A stretch of DNA of 64,000 nucleotides, taken from assembly GCA_963665095.1 (NCBI GenBank), contig OY762069.1:5344001-5408000 (forward strand), given 5' to 3'. The translations under genes and the position numbers were made by a program. This document shows, piece after piece, positions 57,290 through 64,000 of this stretch. The notes below the pieces were generated by a model, which saw nothing but the letters and a program-made list of their open reading frames with translations, was not told the DNA's origin and made no database searches. Each line of letters opens with the position of its first letter. Within the stretch, counting starts at the first letter, position 1. The stretch is from an uncultured Desulfobacter sp. GTDB lineage: Bacteria; Desulfobacterota; Desulfobacteria; Desulfobacterales; Desulfobacteraceae.

Positions 57290-58024
57290 TTATTTAATCC
57301 GTCTGAGATAGCCATTTGGAGCAGCTGTGATAACCGCCTTGCTGTTAAGCAGTTCATCTCTAACAAAGCAGTTATTCTCCTTGAAATAGGCCTCTATGGC
57401 TGTCATCGGGTTATCCCCCTTATCCCAAGGTCGGTCACTGCAATATCCCTTTGGAAAAAGTTCAATGCATGTATCAAAGACAACCATATATGAACCTATA
57501 TTAACAAGCCGGCCATATGCTCTCATCTCCTCGAGGACATGATCATGGGAGTGGTTGGAGTCCAGAAAGACCATAATTTTCTCCTTGCCCCTTGCGAGCT
57601 CGTATACCTGCTTGATGATTTTTGAATCAACTGAAGAACCTTCAAGCATTGTGATTCGTTTCATCATGGGATGGTTTTCAATTTCAATCCGGTTATGCTG
57701 ACGGATATCAATGTCAATTCCGACTACCTGTCCGTCATTGCCAAGCAACTCTAACATTGAGGCTGAAAAAATAAGACTCCCGCCATGGGCAATACCTGTC
57801 TCAATGATAAGATTTGGTTTAACCTGCCATATCAACTCTTGTATAGTAAACATATCAGTAGGAAACTGAATAATAGGTCTGCCCATCCAGGTAAAGTTAT
57901 ATCCATATTTATGTTCATTGGAATTTAATATCCATTTTAAAGAGAGCTTATTGAATTCTTCATCTTTTCCCATTTTTAATATGGCTTGATGACGTTCTTC
58001 TAAAAATTCCTTATTGGGGTCCAT
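57290..58024 (-). CDS. CmcI / cephalosporin hydroxylase family (SAM-dependent sugar O-methyltransferase-like)
   Basis: YNFTWMGRPIIQFP.D, QELIWQVKP.LIIETGIAHGGS, GIDIDIR, LDSNHSHDHV, TAAPNGYL. Confidence 0.9.
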   Translation of the reverse strand: MDPNKEFLEERHQAILKMGKDEEFNKLSLKWILNSNEHKYGYNFTWMGRPIIQFPTDMFTIQELIWQVKPNLIIETGIAHGGSLIFSASMLELLGNDGQVVGIDIDIRQHNRIEIENHPMMKRITMLEGSSVDSKIIKQVYELARGKEKIMVFLDSNHSHDHVLEEMRAYGRLVNIGSYMVVFDTCIELFPKGYCSDRPWDKGDNPMTAIEAYFKENNCFVRDELLNSKAVITAAPNGYLRRIK

Positions 58025-58049
58025 GATGAATTTCTCCGATATAATAATG

Positions 58050-59189
58050 TTAAGTAGCAAACGAACGAGCGACTTCTAACTGCACCTCTGCCTCCCGCTT
58101 TCGCCCCATCTTTTTTAGACAAAATGACCGTCCCATATGAATTCCACTGTGATTTTTCATAAATTGTGCTGTCCTCTCCAATCTGTCCAATAAAAGACCG
58201 GCATAAATTTTATCAATTTGATTTTGTATATTTTTGTCTGGGTGTTTTTCCGGACTTCCATTCCAGGTTTCTGTGAACCTGCCTTCTTTTGCAAGGTTTA
58301 CGGCTCGGTTAACCTCAAAATCAATGTTTGCAGAAAAACGTTGCTTGTAGGTATCATATGTGTATTGAGCGAGATGTAGCTTTGTTGCTCTGGGTAAAGT
58401 TGATGTAAAAACGCGTCTTACATGTTCCTGAATACTTTCACTTGTAGGGAGAGTAACTCCATCTGACATGTAATCTGTATTAGGAAAAGAGACTCTTTCG
58501 GTGAGTGCTAAAGTCTCATGCCATGGCAATACATGTTCCCCCCGACGACGAATAAATAAAAATTCTGGGATCTGAATAACTTTTCCACTTAAAACAATGT
58601 TGGTTAAGAATTGTGCATCCGTAAATGCAATCAAATTGGTTGAATAACCGTTAATCGGAGGATTTTGCAGCAAAACATTGCGTCTGAAAAGACCATAAAT
58701 CATATTGCCTAAGTCAAGATGAGCGATCAGGCTTTTATATCTTTCTGCAGGATCTTCATAATCTAACCGGTAGGAATCACGATAAGGATATCTTTGGCCA
58801 GTCTTACTATCGAGTACTTCTGTATAAGTATAGGATAGTTCGGCTTGGGGGTCTGAATCAAGGGCTTCTACGCACCTTGATACCATTTCCGGTCTGCGAT
58901 AATCATCTGCAGCCGCCCACATAAAATAGTCTGCTTTTGCAAGCATAACGGTGAGTCTAAAATTTTCACCACCAAGATTGTGTGTATTTCTATGGTACCT
59001 TATTCTCGGATCTTTGCTTGCAGCAGTCCTGCATATCTTTTCAGTCCCATCATCAGAGGCATTATCACAGATGATTAATTCAAAATCAGTAAATGTTTGA
59101 CTTAGTATTGTATCAATCGCCTCTTTGACAGTATCGTCCATATTGTAAACAGGCATTCCGATACTAACTTTTGGCACATGGTGGGTCAT
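58050..59189 (-). CDS. GT2 family glycosyltransferase
   Basis: PKVSIGMPVYN, FELIICDNASDDGT, YFMWAAADD, IYGLFR. Confidence 0.9.
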   Translation of the reverse strand: MTHHVPKVSIGMPVYNMDDTVKEAIDTILSQTFTDFELIICDNASDDGTEKICRTAASKDPRIRYHRNTHNLGGENFRLTVMLAKADYFMWAAADDYRRPEMVSRCVEALDSDPQAELSYTYTEVLDSKTGQRYPYRDSYRLDYEDPAERYKSLIAHLDLGNMIYGLFRRNVLLQNPPINGYSTNLIAFTDAQFLTNIVLSGKVIQIPEFLFIRRRGEHVLPWHETLALTERVSFPNTDYMSDGVTLPTSESIQEHVRRVFTSTLPRATKLHLAQYTYDTYKQRFSANIDFEVNRAVNLAKEGRFTETWNGSPEKHPDKNIQNQIDKIYAGLLLDRLERTAQFMKNHSGIHMGRSFCLKKMGRKREAEVQLEVARSFAT

Positions 59190-59227
59190 AGTCTGTTCCC
59201 TTAAGGTAAAACCAAGGCTGGCTGGCC

Positions 59228-60205
59228 TTAGTCACTAACATAAATAATTTTACTGCCCTGGGGCTCAAACAGAAATGGAATTTCCTTAAGATCCGCCATG
59301 GCCTTTCTGACACTTTCCTGTTTATCCAACTCACAATAAAAAAGCAGGAAGCCACCGCCACCGGCACCAAGTATTTTCCCGCCAGTTGCCCCTGCATCAA
59401 TAGCCGTTTGATAATATTGATCAATAATTGAGCTTGTGATTTTGCTTGCTAACTGTTTCTTATACCCCCATCCTTGATGAAGAATTTTTCCAATAGAACT
59501 TGAGCCATTAATGATGGTTTCTCTCAGTGAGTTTGCTAAGTTGACCATTTTGTCAAGAAATTCATTATTAATATCAATATTATCCCATTGTTCCTTAAGG
59601 ACATGGGAAGATATTCGTTCTATACCTGTATAAAAAAGAAGAAGTTTTTGATTTAACTCTGTTTTGACATTTTTTTTAGATATAAGAGGATTAACAAATA
59701 CACTTTCATCATTGTTGAACTGAATATAATTAAACCCGCCATAGGCTGCTGCATATTGATCCTGCTTTCCAATTGGGTCTCCAAGTATATCAATTTCAAT
59801 TTCACACGCTTTTTGAGCAAGATGTTCAGCAGACACATGCTGCCCCTTATAGGCATACAATGCATTAAGGACGCCAACGGCAAGACTGCTTGAGGACCCA
59901 AGGCCGACGCCGGCAGAGCCAAGGGGGATATCACCCATATAAACGACCTCAATCCCTTTATTTATACCGACTATTTTCAATGCTTCACGGATAATGTTGT
60001 GCTCAATGAGATCTACAGACTCAACCATTTCGGATTTGGAGTAGCTGACTCTGATCAAGTCATCAAATTTTTTGTTCACTGTAATATAAATATATTTGTC
60101 TATTGCAGTGCTTACCACAGATCCATGTCCTCTTTTATAATATACGGCAAGATCTGATCCCCCGCCTGCAAAACTTATTCTCATCGGAGTCCTTGATATA
60201 ATCAT
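59228..60205 (-). CDS. hddA: GHMP kinase, D-glycero-alpha-D-manno-heptose-7-phosphate kinase-like
   Basis: MIISRTPMRISFAGGGSD, GLGSSSS, IGKQDQYAAAYGG, GGKILGAGGGGF. Confidence 0.85.
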   Translation of the reverse strand: MIISRTPMRISFAGGGSDLAVYYKRGHGSVVSTAIDKYIYITVNKKFDDLIRVSYSKSEMVESVDLIEHNIIREALKIVGINKGIEVVYMGDIPLGSAGVGLGSSSSLAVGVLNALYAYKGQHVSAEHLAQKACEIEIDILGDPIGKQDQYAAAYGGFNYIQFNNDESVFVNPLISKKNVKTELNQKLLLFYTGIERISSHVLKEQWDNIDINNEFLDKMVNLANSLRETIINGSSSIGKILHQGWGYKKQLASKITSSIIDQYYQTAIDAGATGGKILGAGGGGFLLFYCELDKQESVRKAMADLKEIPFLFEPQGSKIIYVSD

Positions 60206-61131
60206 TGCTTCTCCGTATCGTCATTACGTTTGATTTTTTTAGTTTTCTGTAATCCAGAATCTAAGTCATGCTCAGGCTTCCATCCGGTATGGTTTGAAAT
60301 TTTAGTAATATCAGCCCAGAAATTAGTTTGATTATTCATATCATCAATTCTTGTTGAATTGGTGGTGTTAAAAATACCATCTTGTTCAGATGAGATTTCT
60401 TCCATTTTAAAAATTGTTTGCATAACTTCAAGAATTTCGGTTGAATAACCCGATCCCACATTGTACACAGTTCCATCAGGTTTTTCTTCAATAACTTTTC
60501 TTATTGCGTTTGCAACATCGTCAACGTAAACGAAATCGTTTTGGTTGTGCGGTGTTTTGCACTGAGGCGCTACTCCTTTTTCTATTGAATCCAGTATATG
60601 AGGTATTAGAGAAGATTGGCGCTGACCAGGCCCATATACATAAAATAATCTAAGCCAATAAAATTTCCCTCCATTTTGATGAGTTATGGCTTCACCATAA
60701 AATCTGAGTGCCGTTTTTACGGCAGGGAAAACAGATTGTGTATCAAGTCTTTCATTTTCCGAAAGACTTCCTTGCTTTTGAGAATATTCCCAACAGGTTC
60801 CTGTGGACAGGATATTTGAGCAACCGGCATTAACAGATGCAGTGAAAAGGTTAATTCCATACTCAAGATTTTTTTTGCAAAGCTTTATTGAATAATTCGG
60901 CAAGCCTTCCCATGCAAGGTGGATAAGAAAGTCAGGCTTATACTTTTTGATGCATTTTTCAATTTTTTGGGGTTCCCCGAGGTCGGCTTTTATATATTCT
61001 ATATTGTTTGTATCTTGGTTACCCTCAGTAAAATCTCTTGTAAGCAGACACAGCTTGTGGCCCTGCTTTAAAAGTACCTTTGTCAAGGCCTTACCGATAA
61101 AGCCTGTGCCTCCGGTAATAAAGACTTTCAC
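60202..61131 (-). CDS. NAD-dependent epimerase / reductase (extended SDR)
   Basis: GGTGFIG, IHLAW, GTCWEY, WLRLFYVYGPGQ, DFVYVDDVA, YNVGSG; the YxxxK position reads FPAVK. Confidence 0.88.
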   Translation of the reverse strand: MKVFITGGTGFIGKALTKVLLKQGHKLCLLTRDFTEGNQDTNNIEYIKADLGEPQKIEKCIKKYKPDFLIHLAWEGLPNYSIKLCKKNLEYGINLFTASVNAGCSNILSTGTCWEYSQKQGSLSENERLDTQSVFPAVKTALRFYGEAITHQNGGKFYWLRLFYVYGPGQRQSSLIPHILDSIEKGVAPQCKTPHNQNDFVYVDDVANAIRKVIEEKPDGTVYNVGSGYSTEILEVMQTIFKMEEISSEQDGIFNTTNSTRIDDMNNQTNFWADITKISNHTGWKPEHDLDSGLQKTKKIKRNDDTEKQ

Positions 61132-61133
61132 TT

Positions 61134-61601
61134 CTAAAAGTCTCCCCTGTTCCAATTATATAGTATTTCATCTGACTGGGGATTGATTCTGCGATATTTC
61201 AAATTGGGGTCATGGGGTTCGGAAGCAACATTAACCATAATTGAAAAAGGATCACCAATGCCCTGTGAGGCATTGGCAATTCCTGGCGGTATATGAATCA
61301 GGCAATAGTTATCGTCGCCATGGCAAATTTCTTGAAAAACGCCTTTAGTTGGAGAGTTGTCCCGCATATCATAAAGCACAAGTTTGATCATGCCAAAAAC
61401 GCAGATATAATTTAAAATAAGCTTTTCATGAACATGCCAGCCATTAATGATATTAACGTAAAGTTTTTTAAAATAGACTTCTCCAAACTCGTTAAGGATA
61501 TTATCTTTTCTAACGCCATGCATAATTGTTCCCCTTGAGTCGGCAAATTTTTTTAATGGGCGGACAACTACCCCATCAATTGTACTATTTGCGCTTGCCA
61601 C
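61134..61601 (-). CDS. RmlC-like cupin, NDP-4-keto-sugar 3,5-epimerase
   Basis: IDGV...L....DSRG, FGEVYF, GWHVH, KLVLYDMRDNSPT, IHIPPGIAN. Confidence 0.85.
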   Translation of the reverse strand: MASANSTIDGVVVRPLKKFADSRGTIMHGVRKDNILNEFGEVYFKKLYVNIINGWHVHEKLILNYICVFGMIKLVLYDMRDNSPTKGVFQEICHGDDNYCLIHIPPGIANASQGIGDPFSIMVNVASEPHDPNLKYRRINPQSDEILYNWNRGDF

Positions 61602-62844
61602 TGATGCTCTCCTTTATGATTTTTGAATTTGGTGGATCCGGGAAAGGGACAATGATTTTGCCGTCAAAACCGTATTTGCTGCTTAATTCATGAACAATTT
61701 CGTCCAAAAAATTCCAGGCCAGTATAGCCATGGCGTCAGGCTTTAGCGCCATAATCTTGTCTGGAGAGGAGATGGGGATATGTGATCCAGGAGAGAACAG
61801 GTCATGCTTTAAATCGTTTTTATCTGCAATTCCGGTGATTAACTCTCTATTTATTTTACAAAAATTAAGCAAAGTCGCGCTTCTTGCTGAAGCGCCCCAC
61901 GCAGCAAGGCGTTCGTTGTTTACGTTTGTTTCCTTTATCAAATCAAGGAAATTTTTTTTGTGCTGTTGGGACCGCTTTTCAAATTGTTGCCAGGTTAAAA
62001 GATCATTTAAACGGGTTTGCTGCTCTTGCTTTTCATACTCAATAATATTTGCGGATTTTTTTTGCCTCTTAGTCGAGGCATACACAACAATTGAGCCACC
62101 ACTGATAGGGCTTTCTTCGATATCATGGATGTAAATTCCATGGTTCTCTAAAAGTTTTTCAATACTTTTTAGCGAAAAATAGCAAAGATGCTCATGATAG
62201 ATCGAATCATAATGAAGTTCTTCAACGATCTTGCCTGAGTAGTGAACTTCAATTGCAAGAAGAGTCTGTTCATTCATAAGCATGGAAAGTCCCTTAACAA
62301 AACCATTGGGGTCAGCAACATGGGGCAACACATTACGGGCAAAAACGATATCCGGTATTCCTTTGTCTGATACGATCTGTGCTGCAGTTTCAGCCCCAAA
62401 AAATGCACATTGTGTTAATATCCCATCTTGATTTGCAGTTTTAACGATATTTTCAGCAGGATCTATTCCTAAAATATCTAAGCCATGCTTTTTAAACGGT
62501 TTTAAAAAAGTGCCGTCATTGCTTGCAACTTCAAGTATATAGGATGAATTTTTAAAACAGCATTTCTGTCTAAGCCTGGCACAAAATTGCTGGGCATACT
62601 CCCTTGCCGTGGATGAGGTGGACGTGACCCATACGTAGTTTGAAAAAAGTTTTTCAGGAGAAATCGTATGGTTTAACTGGACAAGGCTGCACTTAGGGCA
62701 AAAGCTTAATGACAAAGGGAAAACAGACTCTTTTTCATCAGAATTTCTACATAATGCATTTGCAAGAGGCTGTTCTCCAAGATCAAAAAAATTAACAAGT
62801 CCCTGGTTTCCGCAGACTCTGCATGCGTTTATTTTAGTTATCAT
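61585..62844 (-). CDS. NDP-sugar C3-methyltransferase family (Zn-binding class I MTase)
   Basis: CRVC...DLGEQPLAN, CPKCSLVQL, EVASNDG, NVLPHV, YDSIYHEHLCYFS, WGASA, ILAWN. Confidence 0.88.
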   Translation of the reverse strand: MITKINACRVCGNQGLVNFFDLGEQPLANALCRNSDEKESVFPLSLSFCPKCSLVQLNHTISPEKLFSNYVWVTSTSSTAREYAQQFCARLRQKCCFKNSSYILEVASNDGTFLKPFKKHGLDILGIDPAENIVKTANQDGILTQCAFFGAETAAQIVSDKGIPDIVFARNVLPHVADPNGFVKGLSMLMNEQTLLAIEVHYSGKIVEELHYDSIYHEHLCYFSLKSIEKLLENHGIYIHDIEESPISGGSIVVYASTKRQKKSANIIEYEKQEQQTRLNDLLTWQQFEKRSQQHKKNFLDLIKETNVNNERLAAWGASARSATLLNFCKINRELITGIADKNDLKHDLFSPGSHIPISSPDKIMALKPDAMAILAWNFLDEIVHELSSKYGFDGKIIVPFPDPPNSKIIKESISGKRK

Positions 62845-63998
62845 CTATTTGAACCATCTAATTTAGTCATTAGTTTCAGAAGACTCTTTTTAATTTCAGA
62901 AGCTATTTTTTCTTCTGCACCTTTGGCTAAATGGTAGGGAATCATAAAATAATATGGCAATAGTGAGGCTGAATAGTCCTTTTGCTCAATACGGCCATCA
63001 TCTGGAATATAGCAGATCAGACCGTTGGTGCATCCTAACATAAATGTGGAAGTAAAAAAGTGGCTGACTGTGTTTTCAATACATTGTTCCAGACTTGGAA
63101 AAAATGCAGCAGGTAGAATAATAAGTGAAATCTCGTTATTTATAATTATAAGTTGAATGTTCAATGCAAGTGCATTGGGAAAATTTCCATCAGGATATGC
63201 TGTTGTAATTCTTGACGCCCAATCTTTAATAACCGGAAGGGTCTCAGAATTGTTTTTAAGTTCATTAATGTTGTTGATACAAGGTATTTCTTGTAGTGGA
63301 ATATAAATTTGCTTATTTTCTAATACAATGTCAAATTTGTTTAATGCAGTGAGCCGACTGCTATCTAATGTTGATATGATTTTCTGAGCTGCTCGCCGTG
63401 CCTTTATTCTTGTGTCAGATAGTTGTTCGCCACGGCCGTCATCCTTGCGGTTTTCTGTATACCCGGAAGCAGCCGTTAAAAACATAACATAATCTGCTTT
63501 ACCGGAATTGATCAAAGCTTCTTTAAAATATCCTGGAAAATCGGCTGATATATTGCCTTCAAGAAGAGAAGAATTAAACTGCCAGCTCTGATTGGCCATG
63601 ATTATCTGTTTTTGACTTGTTTTTTGTTTTATCAAGGCAAACGGCAACGATGACCCATCGGGCTTGCCCCAATATATATAGGACTCTTCGCAATTTTGAT
63701 CTATAGTTCCAAGGGTGTTGCATATCATGCTTGTTAAGCTTGTGCAGTACTGCCCATTATATACTCCTAAATCTGAATGAATATGAGGCATTGTTCCCGG
63801 GGCATGTTGAGTATGCGACGCATTTAAAATAATCGCTTCTGGTGAAACCCCTATTTTTAAAGCCTCTTTTTTTATCATTTCAACCATATGAGAGCTAAAT
63901 CCGAAGATATCAGCCGTAATAAACAGTAAATTTTTCTGCTCTGGGCCCTTAATATAAAGTATCTGGCATTTTAAATATGTACGAAAACCTGTGGCTCT
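62841..63998 (-). CDS. Neutral/alkaline ceramidase-like amidohydrolase domain (5' truncated by window edge)
   Basis: Frame stays open to the window end (...LLFITADIFGF...); NASHTQHAP resembles the SHTHSGP motif; ISADFPG, GCTNG..CYIP. Confidence 0.6.
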   Translation of the reverse strand, partial: RATGFRTYLKCQILYIKGPEQKNLLFITADIFGFSSHMVEMIKKEALKIGVSPEAIILNASHTQHAPGTMPHIHSDLGVYNGQYCTSLTSMICNTLGTIDQNCEESYIYWGKPDGSSLPFALIKQKTSQKQIIMANQSWQFNSSLLEGNISADFPGYFKEALINSGKADYVMFLTAASGYTENRKDDGRGEQLSDTRIKARRAAQKIISTLDSSRLTALNKFDIVLENKQIYIPLQEIPCINNINELKNNSETLPVIKDWASRITTAYPDGNFPNALALNIQLIIINNEISLIILPAAFFPSLEQCIENTVSHFFTSTFMLGCTNGLICYIPDDGRIEQKDYSASLLPYYFMIPYHLAKGAEEKIASEIKKSLLKLMTKLDGSNR

Positions 63999-64000
63999 CC

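Noticed and set aside
1..64000. CRISPR array, rRNA, intact transposase/integrase or riboswitch
   Set aside because: No regularly spaced direct repeats or matching ORFs/motifs were seen by eye; a covariance-model scan was not possible.

Overview
Bacterial chromosomal window. Gene order and protein style suggest a Desulfobacterota (Desulfobacteraceae-like) organism; this is inference. There are three parts. (1) 1-19.4 kb, late flagellar genes: flgH-flgI-flgJ, then sigma54-led flgN-flgK-flgL-csrA-fliW; on the minus strand, two giant flagellins (793 and 951 aa, sigma28 and sigma54 promoters), then fliD-fliS-fliT-like-flaG. FlgK, FlgL, FliD and the flagellins are all strongly enlarged by internal modules. 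(2) 19.4-35.3 kb, a flagellin-glycosylation-type island: pseB/F/I/G, a formyltransferase plus PIG-L deacetylase, a second NeuB-family synthase, and TPR-GT41, TPR-GT9-like and GT-B glycosyltransferases, ending at tRNA-Lys and tRNA-Glu. (3) 35.7-64 kb, a more AT-rich glycan-tailoring region: a Fic relic, wbpBDE, a GT2-TPR-GT2 fusion, and a long minus-strand run with eight tandem paralogous Twitch-type radical SAM genes, one divergent radical SAM, one B12-binding radical SAM, two FkbM methyltransferases, CmcI, GT2, GT4, HddA kinase, epimerases, an NDP-sugar C-methyltransferase and a ceramidase-like ORF cut by the window edge. The most striking observation is the radical SAM array (10 intact radical SAM genes in about 14 kb, with decayed paralog fragments in the spacers), next to flagellins carrying Ser/Thr-rich hexapeptide-repeat inserts. 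All calls come from reading motifs; no searches were run.
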